Assembly (NCBI RefSeq): GCF_045310515.1
Contig: NZ_JBJHZX010000011.1
Span: 1 to 64,000 of the forward strand
Source: Candidatus Clostridium eludens
Lineage (GTDB): Bacteria > Bacillota > Clostridia > Clostridiales > Clostridiaceae
Reading direction: 5' to 3'
Length of the DNA stretch: 64,000 nt
Shown here: piece after piece, positions 36,883 through 47,080 of the stretch
Layout of the letters: every line of letters starts with the position of its first letter
Position numbering within the stretch: position 1 is the stretch's first letter
Position numbers and translations under genes: made by a program
The notes under the pieces: generated by a model
Told to the model about the DNA's origin: nothing
The model's database searches: none
Seen by the model: the letters and a program-made list of their open reading frames with translations, nothing else

Positions 36883-38088
36883 CTACTCCTCTAATCTTTT
36901 CTTTATCTCTAAAAGGAATTCCTCTGTATTAACTATTTTTTTATTTTCCAGTTCTGAAAGTGGAGCTAAATCCTTAGTCACAACTCCTTCTTCAATAGTT
37001 CTGATAGATGCAGCTTCAAGTTTATCTGCAAATTCGACTAATTCATTTATTTCGTCCATTTCTCCTCTTTTTCTCAGAGCTCCTGTCCATGCAAATAAAG
37101 TAGCCATGGAATTTGTAGAGGTTAACTGTCCTTTAAGATGCTGATAATAATGTTTTTGTACAGTACCATGAGCAGCCTCATACTCATAATAGCCTTCAGG
37201 TGATACAAGTACTGAAGCCATCATTGCAAGACTTCCAAAAGCAGTAGCAACCATATCCGACATTACATCGCCATCATAATTCTTACATGCCCATATAAAA
37301 CCACCTTCTGATTTTACAACTCTGGCAACAGCATCATCAATTAATGTATAGAAATATTCTATATCCGCATCCTTAAACTTAGCATCGTATTCAGCATCAT
37401 ATATTTCTTGGAATATATCCTTAAATCTGTGATCATAGGTCTTGGAAATAGTATCCTTTGAGGCAAACCATAAATCTTGTTTCATATCTAATGCATAATT
37501 AAAGCAGGATCTTGCAAAACTTTCAATAGATTTATCCAGGTTATGCATTCCCATTACAACACCTGGTCCATTGAAAACATGAATTGTTTGCCTTGTTTCT
37601 TCACCTGTCTCAGAAGTAAATACTAATTCCATTTTACCAGGTTCTTCTACTTTGTATTCTACATCTCTATATATATCACCATATGCATGTCTTGCAACTG
37701 TAATAGGTTTTTTCCATGTTTTCATAAGAGGTTTTATACTGTTCACTATAATAGGTGTACGAAAAACTGTACCATCAAGAATTGCTCTTATTGTTCCGTT
37801 AGGACTTTTCCACATACTCTTTAGATTATACTCCTTAACTCTTTCAGCGTTTGGAGTTATAGTAGCACATTTTACACCAACACCATATTTTTTTATTGCA
37901 TTTGCAGCAGCAACAGTTATTTCATCATTAGTTTCGTCTCTTTTAACAAGTCCAAGATCATAATACTCAGTTTTTAAATCTATATATGGTTTCAAAAGTA
38001 AATCTTTAATCATCTTCCAGATGATTCTAGTCATTTCATCTCCGTCCATTTCTACTAAAGGTACGTTCATTTTAATCTTTTCAGTCAT
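36883..38088 (-). CDS. icd: NADP-dependent isocitrate dehydrogenase, eukaryotic-type (subfamily II)
   Basis: [13 protein letters not shown] and [11 protein letters not shown] signatures nearly identical to IDH1/IDH2-type enzymes. Probable start is the internal ATG (MTEKIK) with RBS AAAGAGGA. Confidence 0.9.
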   Translation of the reverse strand: MTEKIKMNVPLVEMDGDEMTRIIWKMIKDLLLKPYIDLKTEYYDLGLVKRDETNDEITVAAANAIKKYGVGVKCATITPNAERVKEYNLKSMWKSPNGTIRAILDGTVFRTPIIVNSIKPLMKTWKKPITVARHAYGDIYRDVEYKVEEPGKMELVFTSETGEETRQTIHVFNGPGVVMGMHNLDKSIESFARSCFNYALDMKQDLWFASKDTISKTYDHRFKDIFQEIYDAEYDAKFKDADIEYFYTLIDDAVARVVKSEGGFIWACKNYDGDVMSDMVATAFGSLAMMASVLVSPEGYYEYEAAHGTVQKHYYQHLKGQLTSTNSMATLFAWTGALRKRGEMDEINELVEFADKLEAASIRTIEEGVVTKDLAPLSELENKKIVNTEEFLLEIKKRLEE

Positions 38089-38480
38089 TATTAGTCCTCT
38101 TTTCATTTATATTTTTTCGTATAAATATAAAATATTTTGATATATTCATGCATTTTTTAACTAAATATACTTTATTATAAAAGAAATGGACAGTACATGC
38201 AAGTCGTTCTTCCATTCTACTGGCAGTAATAGTATTCTTTTGAACAGACCATAGTATTCTTTAGGTGCTTTCTTGGTTCTGTTATTCTTCATAGCTACAA
38301 TTTACGGGGTTGCATCTCTTTGATAAAGTATTATTATATAAGGTAATAAGTGTTAAGTAAGACTAATTCATCCCTTAAAGTTAAGATACAGTATCCTTGT
38401 ACTCTTGGCAAACAGTATCTAAATTTTGTTTTACCCCAAAGGGGTGTGAAGGAAAGAGATATAAATATGGAGGTATTCTT

Positions 38481-38927
38481 ATGTGTGGGATTGTAAGATT
38501 AATAAAGTATGATGAATTGAGAGAATTATTGAATCTTTATAGGCAATTACAACCTAATGACCCAAATGTTTATGAAAATAAAGATTTAAAAGATATATGG
38601 GATTCAATATATAATGATCCAAATCTTTGTTATATTGTAGTTGAAGTAGAAGGTAGATTGGTTTCTTCATGCAATATATCTATTATAAAAAATCTTACTC
38701 GGAATTTACGACCCTATGGGTTAATAGAAAATGTTATTACTGACTTAAATCATAGAAAAAAAGGATATGCCACAAAAGCACTTAATATGGCAGTTGAAAT
38801 TGCAAAGGGCAGTAATTGTTACAAAGTAATGCTTTTAACAAGCTCAAAAAAAGAAGAAACACTAAAATTTTATGAACAAGCAGGATTTATAAGAGGAAAG
38901 AAAACTGGATTTATTAAAAATCTTTAG
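38481..38927 (+). CDS. GNAT-family N-acetyltransferase
   Basis: Acetyl-CoA-binding motif (HRKKGYATKALNMAVEIAK). RBS GGAGG before ATG 38481. Confidence 0.75.
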   Translation: MCGIVRLIKYDELRELLNLYRQLQPNDPNVYENKDLKDIWDSIYNDPNLCYIVVEVEGRLVSSCNISIIKNLTRNLRPYGLIENVITDLNHRKKGYATKALNMAVEIAKGSNCYKVMLLTSSKKEETLKFYEQAGFIRGKKTGFIKNL

Positions 38928-38990
38928 ATAAAGGCTTAGAAATGATTTCACAGTCTAAATAATAGTGATATGATGGGGGAGTGGTATTTA

Positions 38991-39527
38991 ATGAAAGAGA
39001 TAAGCAGTAATAGTTCAAAAGTTATAATTAGAAAAGCTGTTAAATCAGATGCTAAAGCATTAATAGAATATCTTAATATAATTGGTGGAGAATCAGATTT
39101 TTTAACCTTTGAAATGGGAGAATTCGGAATAAGTATTGAACAGGAAGAAGAATTTATTGCAAATGCCTTAAATAAGCAAAATGCCTTGTTCATTATAGCT
39201 GAAATTAACGAAAAGATAATTGGGAATCTAAATTTCTCTGGAGGTCCAAGAAAAAGGAATGCTCATGTTGGCGAATCTGGAGTAAGTGTTCTTAAGAAAT
39301 ATTGGGGAAATGGTATAGGTAAAGAACTCATAAAATATTTAATTGATTGGAGTAAAAATTCAGGAATAATTAGAAAACTTAATTTAAGAGTTAGAAATGA
39401 TAATATACGAGGTATTTGTCTATACAAGAAACTTGGATTTTCAGAGGAAGGAATATTAAAGAGAGATTTTTTAGTTAATGGCAAGTTCTATGACTCTTTA
39501 TTAATGGGATTACAAATAGACCAGTAA
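38991..39527 (+). CDS. GNAT-family N-acetyltransferase
   Basis: KKYWGNGIGKELIKYLIDW motif. Confidence 0.75.
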   Translation: MKEISSNSSKVIIRKAVKSDAKALIEYLNIIGGESDFLTFEMGEFGISIEQEEEFIANALNKQNALFIIAEINEKIIGNLNFSGGPRKRNAHVGESGVSVLKKYWGNGIGKELIKYLIDWSKNSGIIRKLNLRVRNDNIRGICLYKKLGFSEEGILKRDFLVNGKFYDSLLMGLQIDQ

Positions 39528-39599
39528 AAAAGCTGATTTTTGTATAATCAACTTTTAATGGATGGAAGAGGGGCTTTCTACTTTAATATGTGTATGAAA

Positions 39600-39998
39600 C
39601 TACAGCATGTCACATGAAGTGTCAACCTTACTATACTGTGACACTTTTTTTGCCCACTTACCCAATTGCATTAAAATAGGTACTAAATCATCTACCAGCT
39701 CTGTGGAGGAATATTCCACACGCAGAGGCATAACATTATATTGCTTTCGGTTCACCAGTCCGTCAGCTTCCAATTCTCTCAAAGAACTGGCAAGCATTGT
39801 ATTCGTAATACCATGCACTTTCTGTTTTAGTTGGCTGTAACGTATTGGTCCATCGTTTTTTAGAACACACAAAATCTGAAGTTTCCACTTACCACCAATA
39901 ATCTTTATAGCATTGGATAAAGGACATTCTTCCATGCACGGACATATACCACGCAGCTCTTCATCTATATTTTTAGCAGTTGTTTTCTCTGTAATCAT
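39600..39998 (-). CDS. HxlR-family transcriptional regulator
   Basis: CPxxxxIxxIGGKWK HxlR signature. Confidence 0.8.
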   Translation of the reverse strand: MITEKTTAKNIDEELRGICPCMEECPLSNAIKIIGGKWKLQILCVLKNDGPIRYSQLKQKVHGITNTMLASSLRELEADGLVNRKQYNVMPLRVEYSSTELVDDLVPILMQLGKWAKKVSQYSKVDTSCDML

Positions 39999-40120
39999 AT
40001 TTTTCTTACCTACCCACATTTTTTTGCGTTATTTACAACATATTCTTGCAGTAGTAAAATTATATCACATAGCAATTACAGAGTAAATATAATATTGATA
40101 TTGAGGAGGATTTTCTTATT

Positions 40121-40519
40121 ATGGAAGAAGTCTTAAAATTTTTACATGAAAATAGCCCGTTTTATTTTGCAACTGTTGACAAAACAACACCAAAGGTTCG
40201 TCCGCTGGGGCTTTGCCTGGAACATAACGGAAAGATTTATTTTGGCATAGGAACATTCAAACAAGCATTTAAACAATTACTGGCAAATCCACAAGTTGAA
40301 ATCTGTACAACAAACAAAAACAGTGAATGGATTCGCCTGCACGGTACTGCCATTGTGGATGACAATGATGCTGTGTTGGAAAAAGCATTTGCAGCAATAC
40401 CCTTCCTAAAGAATATGTACAATGAAGAAACCGGCAGGAAACTTGGTTTGTTTTATCTTAAAGATGCTGTTGCTGAAATCGCCGATATGAAGGGCGGATT
40501 CAAAGAAATTAAATTATAA
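40121..40519 (+). CDS. pyridoxamine 5'-phosphate oxidase-family flavin-binding protein
   Basis: Split-barrel FMN-binding family. Divergent from hxlR. Confidence 0.7.
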   Translation: MEEVLKFLHENSPFYFATVDKTTPKVRPLGLCLEHNGKIYFGIGTFKQAFKQLLANPQVEICTTNKNSEWIRLHGTAIVDDNDAVLEKAFAAIPFLKNMYNEETGRKLGLFYLKDAVAEIADMKGGFKEIKL

Positions 40520-40840
40520 TACATTTTGATAATCATTTTAGGGCTGTCTTTAGGACAGTCTTTTATTTCTAGTTAACTTTCTTATCACATACAATCTGAG
40601 CCATAATCAATTGTGGTTTGAAATACTTTCCCATACATGACATCAAACAGTTTTTCATAAAATTTTTGTTCTGATAGGATAATATTTTTTAGATGTGAAC
40701 AACTCCTAATTATAAATCACATAAATTTCACATGGTTATTACATATTGTAACTACAATCCAATTACCTAGAGTATTTTTTATAGAAATACACAAACTTTA
40801 AGTGTAGCAATAAAGGTTACTATGTGAAGGAGTGTTTATT

Positions 40841-41038
40841 ATGGCACGTAACAGTAATAATTTAGTAGTACCAGAAGCTAGAGAAGCTTTGAATAGGTTT
40901 AAGATGGAGTCAGCTCAGGAAGTTGGAGTAAATTTAAAGAATGGCTACAATGGAGATTTAACTGCTAGGGAAGCTGGCTCAATAGGCAGAAATATGGTTA
41001 AGAAAATGATTGAAGCTTATGAGCAGGACTTAAAGTAA
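40841..41038 (+). CDS. ssp: small acid-soluble spore protein, alpha/beta type
   Basis: ARNSNNLVVPEAREALNRFKMESAQEVGV..DLTAREAGSIG is the canonical SASP alpha/beta sequence. A forespore-type promoter candidate (GAAATA-18-CAATAAA) lies upstream. Confidence 0.9.
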   Translation: MARNSNNLVVPEAREALNRFKMESAQEVGVNLKNGYNGDLTAREAGSIGRNMVKKMIEAYEQDLK

Positions 41039-41048
41039 CAATGTGACA

Positions 41049-41085
41049 AAAACCTGTACCCTAATAAGTAGGGTGCAGGTTTTAT
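41049..41085 (+). terminator. intrinsic terminator after ssp
   Basis: aacctgtaccct-aataag-tagggtgcaggtt followed by TTAT. Confidence 0.65.
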
Positions 41086-41258
41086 GTTGTAATTACAAGT
41101 GCATCAGTAATTATTGAAATTTTTCGCCTTAATAAGGAGGAATTTTTTCTTTTTTTGGAGAAATATTAATCCGATATATATTATACAAGTATAATTTACA
41201 GTGAGTGTATTTTTATGTCAAATTGTAACAATAGAATATATAGTCGGGAGGAAAATCA

Positions 41259-41687
41259 ATGAAAAGCTATGAGAATATAATTAACGAGAGGGTACATAAG
41301 TATTACTGGGAAGATGATATAAATTGTGCAACTACGGTTTTAAAAACTTTAGCACAAATATATGAAATAGATTTAAATCCCCAAGTTATAGATTCTGCAA
41401 TTGGAATGCATGGTGCAGGAAAATTTGGTGCACAATGTGGATTAGTAGAGGGTTCTCTTATGTTTATAGGTATCTTTGGAAGAAAACTTAAATACAAAAA
41501 TGAAGAAATTGTAGATTATTGCTACAGCTTTGCAAATGAATTTCAAGATAGCTTTGGAAGTATAGTTTGTAAGGATTTGCGTTCTCAAGGTTTTAAATCA
41601 GATGACCCACCTCATATGTGTGAAGAAATCACTAAAAAAGCAATTGAATTTACACATAATTATGTTAATAGGATAAAAGAAAATTAA
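41259..41687 (+). CDS. C_GCAxxG_C_C-family putative redox-active protein
   Basis: Cys-containing GAQCGLVEG-type motif and about 140-aa size. Confidence 0.45.
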   Translation: MKSYENIINERVHKYYWEDDINCATTVLKTLAQIYEIDLNPQVIDSAIGMHGAGKFGAQCGLVEGSLMFIGIFGRKLKYKNEEIVDYCYSFANEFQDSFGSIVCKDLRSQGFKSDDPPHMCEEITKKAIEFTHNYVNRIKEN

Positions 41688-41862
41688 GTAAGGTAGATTA
41701 AACTTCTATATTTTATGTATAATAATTGTATAAAAAATTTAACTACAAAAATATATCTTTAAAAATGGGTTACAAGACAAATATAGTAGTAAAGCTATAG
41801 AAAGTCAAAATTAATTATTGAGTTAGTTTTAAGAAGATTATATTTAGGAGGGTGATATTGAG

Positions 41863-42579
41863 ATGAATACTTTAATTAAAATAGGAATAATTGGCGACTT
41901 CAATGGAGAATCTCCGACACACAAAGCAACTAATGAAGTATTAAAGTATTGTGCAGATTATATAGATACTGATTTAGAAATACAGTGGCTGCCAACAGAA
42001 TCACTAGAAAATGATGTGGAAGTGGTCGTTAATAAGGATGGATTATGGTGTGCCCCAGGTAGTCCATATAACAGTATGGAGGGGGCGTTAAATGCTATTA
42101 AATTTGCAAGAGAAAATAATTATCCATTTATAGGAACTTGTGGTGGCTTTCAGCACGTTATTTTGGAGTATGCAAGAAATGTTTTAAATTTTAAAGATGC
42201 TCAACACGCAGAATATGACCCGTATGCATCCAAATTGTTTATTTCTGCTTTAACTTGTTCTTTAGTTGGGAAAATACTCAAAATCTTCATAGATAAGAAT
42301 TCAAAGACTTATGGATTTTATAATAAAACTGAAATTGAAGAACATTATTATTGTAATTTTGGTCTTAATACTGAATATGAAAAATTAATTGATGAAGGTG
42401 GTTTAAAAGTAGTAGGTACTGATGAACTCCACGAAGCGAGAATAGTTGAATTACCTGAAAATAACTTTTTTGTAGCTACGTTATTTGTTCCTCAGCTTAA
42501 TTCTTCACCTGAAATACCACATAAACTTATAATTGAATTTTTAAGGTCTGCTAAAGAATTTCATTTATCAAGAAAGTAA
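41863..42579 (+). CDS. class-I glutamine amidotransferase-like protein (stand-alone CTP-synthase C-terminal-domain homolog)
   Basis: GTCGGFQHVILEYARNVLNFKDAQHAEYDP resembles the PyrG glutaminase-domain Cys loop. Confidence 0.6.
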   Translation: MNTLIKIGIIGDFNGESPTHKATNEVLKYCADYIDTDLEIQWLPTESLENDVEVVVNKDGLWCAPGSPYNSMEGALNAIKFARENNYPFIGTCGGFQHVILEYARNVLNFKDAQHAEYDPYASKLFISALTCSLVGKILKIFIDKNSKTYGFYNKTEIEEHYYCNFGLNTEYEKLIDEGGLKVVGTDELHEARIVELPENNFFVATLFVPQLNSSPEIPHKLIIEFLRSAKEFHLSRK

Positions 42580-42614
42580 CTTAAATTTGCAAAATAAATA
42601 TTTAGGAGGATTAT

Positions 42615-44231
42615 ATGAATCTTGTTGTTGGTAGTATTAATTTTTTACGTAAAAGCAGGCATGCAAAATTAATTGCTTCTATAGTTATAGCAGTAATTTT
42701 GGCGATATCTGTTTATGCATATTTACCTGTTCTGTCACTAAGATTTTCATCATTATGGTATTGTTTAATTGTAGTTTCTATAATAATAGAACTTGTTTTT
42801 TGGAAGCGTAGTACATGGATTAAGTTACTTCCTGCATTAATAATCGCTATATATGTTATTTTAGTAGTAGCTTCTTCGCCTCTATTTAGGTCATATAGTT
42901 ATAGAAACCTGCTTCCACCCATAGAAGAAAAAAATTTTTCTTCAAGTATTAATCCAGTAGATATTACGCAAGTGCCAACTGTAAATCCAGACTATGCACG
43001 CCTATTGGCTGATAAGAAGATAGGTCAAGATGCTACACTAGGTAGTAGGGCAGAACTTGGTGATTTGACACTTCAGAGTATAAACAATAAGTTGTATTAT
43101 GTAGCTCCATTGTTACATAGTGGATTTTTCAAATGGGCCGTAAATGGATCTACACCAGGTTATATAATGGTATCGGCTACTGATGATCAGGATGTAAAAT
43201 TGGTCACTAATTACAGTATTGTATATCAGCCTAAAGCATGGTTTGGACAAAATGCATCCAGAAAGATTTACACTTCAGGTAATGAATTTAAAGGATTTTG
43301 TGATATGACATTCGAGATAGATAATAGTGGTAAACCTTTCTGGACAGCCTCAATATACGAACATAAAATAGGTTTATCTGGAGTTAAAGTTATAGGTGTA
43401 GCAATATTAAATGCCACTACAGGTGAGGTGAAAAATTACTCCTTAAATAATATACCTACTTGGGTTGATAGGGTACAACCTGCAAGTGTTGTTAAGGACA
43501 ATATAGATTATTATGGTAAATATATACATGGCATTTTTAACTTTAGTGGTAATGATAAGTTCCAGACAACTTCTGATCTATCACTTATCTACAACAAAGG
43601 CAAATGCTACTTCTATTCTGGTATAACTTCAATTGGTAGTGACAGTTCAACTATAGGATTTACTCTTACAGATTCAAAAACAGAAAAAACAACAGAGTTT
43701 AAAATATCTGGTGCAACAGAAAATTCTGCTATGAAGTCTGCTGAAGGTAAAGTCCAAAATTTAAATTACAGTGCTTCATTTCCTGTACTTATTAATGTGC
43801 AAAATGTACCTACATATTTTACAACTCTTAACGATAAGACAGGCCTAACAAAGATGTTTGCTATGGTATCTGTGGTAAATTACAATATAGTTGGTGTAGG
43901 TAATTCAATACAAGAATGCCAGTCAAATTACATTGAAACATTATCAGAGAAAGGGAATTCATTAAATGAAAGTTCAGGAAGCATGAAATCTGTTAAAGGT
44001 ACTATAAATAGAATAGGATCGTATATAAATAATAATTCTACTTATTATACGTTTACGTTAAAAGAACAACCTAACAAAATATACTCAGCTTCACCACAAT
44101 TGTCAGCTAAATTACCACTTACAGGCATAGGCGATGCTGTAATTATAAAATATGTTGATACAAAGCAACCTGTTCAATCATTAAATTCTTTTGATAATTT
44201 ATCTATAACAGAAGTTAATACAGGTAAATAG
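42615..44231 (+). CDS. hypothetical membrane-anchored protein (three N-terminal TMs plus a large extracytoplasmic domain)
   Basis: Hydrophobic N-terminus. No recognisable catalytic motif. Confidence 0.5.
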   Translation: MNLVVGSINFLRKSRHAKLIASIVIAVILAISVYAYLPVLSLRFSSLWYCLIVVSIIIELVFWKRSTWIKLLPALIIAIYVILVVASSPLFRSYSYRNLLPPIEEKNFSSSINPVDITQVPTVNPDYARLLADKKIGQDATLGSRAELGDLTLQSINNKLYYVAPLLHSGFFKWAVNGSTPGYIMVSATDDQDVKLVTNYSIVYQPKAWFGQNASRKIYTSGNEFKGFCDMTFEIDNSGKPFWTASIYEHKIGLSGVKVIGVAILNATTGEVKNYSLNNIPTWVDRVQPASVVKDNIDYYGKYIHGIFNFSGNDKFQTTSDLSLIYNKGKCYFYSGITSIGSDSSTIGFTLTDSKTEKTTEFKISGATENSAMKSAEGKVQNLNYSASFPVLINVQNVPTYFTTLNDKTGLTKMFAMVSVVNYNIVGVGNSIQECQSNYIETLSEKGNSLNESSGSMKSVKGTINRIGSYINNNSTYYTFTLKEQPNKIYSASPQLSAKLPLTGIGDAVIIKYVDTKQPVQSLNSFDNLSITEVNTGK

Positions 44232-44337
44232 AAGATATGAACAAACAGTAATTTTGTTATAGCAAACAAGTATATAATTATCAAGTGATTCTTAGGTTCA
44301 GGTGGAGTTTGCTCATGAGAAATACTTTTCTCCATCT

Positions 44338-44482
44338 GAACCTTATTAACAGTATTCTTAGTGTCTTTAGCACTTAGAATACGTTATCCTTTAGGGGAAG
44401 AACTTATCCAGGCGCGTAGCAGTGCTTATCCCCCACTTTGGAGAAGTTGGGTGTTAGCAATGGTAGCGTTGTTCGGATAAAA
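44338..44482 (+). repeat. copy D (longest) of the 3'-of-gene repeat family
   Basis: Contains both the 60-nt extension shared with copy E and the full core shared with copies A, B and C. Confidence 0.75.
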
Positions 44483-44656
44483 TATTGGAAATTAAAATAT
44501 CTGACACATTAATAAAAGTGTCAAATATTTTAATTTTGTTTTTTTGCGAAATAACTATTAAAACTTATAAAAAACAATTATATACCTACTTGACATTACA
44601 TAGTAGTTAATATATAGTTTATATAGACTATTGTGTAATACAAAGTAGGTGATTAT

Positions 44657-44977
44657 ATGACTAATACTACACAAATATTGAAAGGGTTATTAGAAGGGTG
44701 TATTTTAAAAGTAGTAAGTAATTATGAAACATATGGCTATAAGATATGTGAAGATTTGGTCAAATATGGATTTAATCAGATCTCGGAAGGTAGTGTTTAT
44801 CCTATACTTATAAGGTTAGAAAAGAAAAAATTGCTTTATTCTATTATGAAGAAATCCCCTTTAGGTCCTATGAGAAAGTATTATTATCTAACTGAAGAAG
44901 GGCGCAGAGAATTAAAGGATTTTATATTCTCGTGGAATGAAATTAAGCAAAGTATTGATAACATACTGGAGGGATAA
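44657..44977 (+). CDS. PadR-family transcriptional regulator
   Basis: Winged-HTH PadR pattern (LKGLLEGCIL..YGY..SEGSVYPIL.RLE). Confidence 0.8.
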   Translation: MTNTTQILKGLLEGCILKVVSNYETYGYKICEDLVKYGFNQISEGSVYPILIRLEKKKLLYSIMKKSPLGPMRKYYYLTEEGRRELKDFIFSWNEIKQSIDNILEG

Positions 44978-44980
44978 TTT

Positions 44981-45691
44981 ATGTTATTACAATGGCAGTT
45001 TAAAAAAATAAGGCTAAAAGAGCAAAAAAAATTAAATGAAACTAACTTATATTTATATAAAGCTATTACCATTTATATTCAAAACAGTAATTTGAGGTTA
45101 ATTGAGAAAGAAGAAATTCTCCAACAAATTATGGATATGATATTGCAATCACAAGTTGAAAATAGATCTGTAGATTTAATTATAGGCCAAGACTATGAAA
45201 AATTTTGCGAATCAATTATTGAAGAATATAGAAGTAGTAAAAATACTGTATATAATGTGTTAAATTGTATGCAGAAATATTTAATATGGATGGTTTCAAT
45301 TGCATTGTTTATGTCATTATTAAATGGAATAATTATTCATTCACTTAATTTAGGTATTAATATGAACCAATTTGTAATGGCAAATGTTGTAGCGCTTATC
45401 ATTATTCCTGCATCAAAAAAAGAAAAGCAAAAAAACTCATCAATATTTTATTTACCACAAAGATTATATGCTATGAATAAAGGGCTTGTTCAATCAGGCA
45501 TTTATGCCATTATTTTAATATCACTTGTTTCTGTCATATTAAAGTTTATACTTCAAAAAGTATTGGACTGGAGGACTTTTAGTTATACAATAATTTTATA
45601 TAAAGTTCTGCCCTATATGCTAATAATAATTTTGGTAATTACATTAATTGAAATTTATAAGAGGATATATGATAGAGATGTAATAATATAA
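44981..45691 (+). CDS. PadR-associated hypothetical membrane protein
   Basis: Starts immediately after padR. Multi-TM C-terminal half. Confidence 0.5.
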   Translation: MLLQWQFKKIRLKEQKKLNETNLYLYKAITIYIQNSNLRLIEKEEILQQIMDMILQSQVENRSVDLIIGQDYEKFCESIIEEYRSSKNTVYNVLNCMQKYLIWMVSIALFMSLLNGIIIHSLNLGINMNQFVMANVVALIIIPASKKEKQKNSSIFYLPQRLYAMNKGLVQSGIYAIILISLVSVILKFILQKVLDWRTFSYTIILYKVLPYMLIIILVITLIEIYKRIYDRDVII

Positions 45692-45862
45692 TATGAATGG
45701 ATTGCATTAAATGGTATTAATTATTATGTAAAAGGAGCATCGCGTTTATATAATTTCAATAATTGGCGTAATTCTAATGTTATGATGAACAATATTCTTA
45801 ACTTGTGTCACAAGTGTAAAAAATGCGAATTTATTAAAGTCTTTTTATAGGAGAAAAGAGCG

Positions 45863-46363
45863 ATGGATATTATTAAGGGACAGAAGCAAGACCTATCAGA
45901 CATTCTTGATATAATTTCTAAATGTATAAAGTATATGGAAAGTCAAGACATATACCAGTGGAATAAATTTTATCCAAATTCAGATATTATTGAAAATGAT
46001 ATTAAGAGTGAGGATTGTTACATTTTAAATGATAATGGAAAATGTGTAGCATATGTTGCAATAAATGAAGAACAATCCCCAGAATACAGTCAAATAAACT
46101 GGTTTACTGATGGAAGAAAGGTATTAGTTATTCATAGATTATCTGTTGATCCTGAATTTCAAGGGAAAGGTATTGCAAAAAAAGTACTAAAATTTATTGA
46201 AGATTTGGCTACTAAAAATAACTATTCATGTATTAGATTAGATGCTTATAGTGGAAATGAGAAAGCACTTAAACTATATGAGAATTTTGGCTATAAGAAA
46301 GTGGGACAGTTATATTTTCCACGAAGAGACCTTCCTTTCTATTGCTATGAGAAAAATATTTAA
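45863..46363 (+). CDS. GNAT-family N-acetyltransferase
   Basis: HRLSVDPEFQGKGIAKKVL motif. Confidence 0.75.
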   Translation: MDIIKGQKQDLSDILDIISKCIKYMESQDIYQWNKFYPNSDIIENDIKSEDCYILNDNGKCVAYVAINEEQSPEYSQINWFTDGRKVLVIHRLSVDPEFQGKGIAKKVLKFIEDLATKNNYSCIRLDAYSGNEKALKLYENFGYKKVGQLYFPRRDLPFYCYEKNI

Positions 46364-46519
46364 AACTTTTAATATACGATATTTTAACTTGCGCCATAAA
46401 TAATTTATGAGGTATTTATGGAATATTAGATTATTCATCCAGAAATAAAAGATGTAAGAAGACCACGAATATAATAAATAAAGCTTTTTAAGTATTAATT
46501 ATATTTTTATAGAAGCAGC

Positions 46520-46548
46520 TTGACAATAGTTCGATGGTGAACTATATT
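46520..46548 (+). promoter_or_regulatory. marR promoter TTGACA-17-TATATT with the palindrome TAGTTCGATGGTGAACTA inside the spacer
   Basis: Seen directly. The same palindrome recurs at 47036-47053 in front of the permease gene. Confidence 0.65.
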
Positions 46549-46588
46549 AATAGTAACAATATAAATTGCAAGAGTGGGAGTATTATTT

Positions 46589-47023
46589 ATGATAAATAAA
46601 TATTTAGCTATATCTAAAATCTCAAAGATAAGAAATGAGGTTTCTAACTACATTGAGTGCGAACTAAAAAAACGTGGTATTGAGGGGCTTATGGTATCAC
46701 ATGGCAATATATTAGACATACTCTATGAGAACAATGGAAAATTAACTATGAAAGAAATAAGTGAAGGAATTGATCGTTCAAAGTCTACAGTTACTAAATT
46801 AGTAGACAGATTATTAAAATCTGGATATGTTACTAAAGAATCAAATTTAGAAGATAAAAGATACTCTTATATAGAGTTAACTGAAAAGGGATTAAATATA
46901 AAAGAAGACTTCAAAGATATTTCACAAAATGTAATTAAAAAATTCTTTAAAAATTTTACCGAAGAGGAAGTTGAAATATTACTTTTATTATTAGATCGGG
47001 TAATACACAATTTTACCCAATAA
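46589..47023 (+). CDS. MarR-family transcriptional regulator
   Basis: MarR winged HTH (LTMKEISEGIDRSKSTVTKLVDRLLKSGYVTK). Confidence 0.8.
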   Translation: MINKYLAISKISKIRNEVSNYIECELKKRGIEGLMVSHGNILDILYENNGKLTMKEISEGIDRSKSTVTKLVDRLLKSGYVTKESNLEDKRYSYIELTEKGLNIKEDFKDISQNVIKKFFKNFTEEEVEILLLLLDRVIHNFTQ

Positions 47024-47035
47024 TTTTTGCAAAAA

Positions 47036-47053
47036 TAGTTCGATGGCGAACTA
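47036..47053 (+). promoter_or_regulatory. second copy of the MarR operator palindrome (TAGTTCGATGGCGAACTA)
   Basis: 17 of 18 identical to the box at 46527-46544. Lies 28 bp upstream of the permease start. Confidence 0.6.
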
Positions 47054-47080
47054 TACGAGTCAGGAAAAAGAGGTTTTTAT

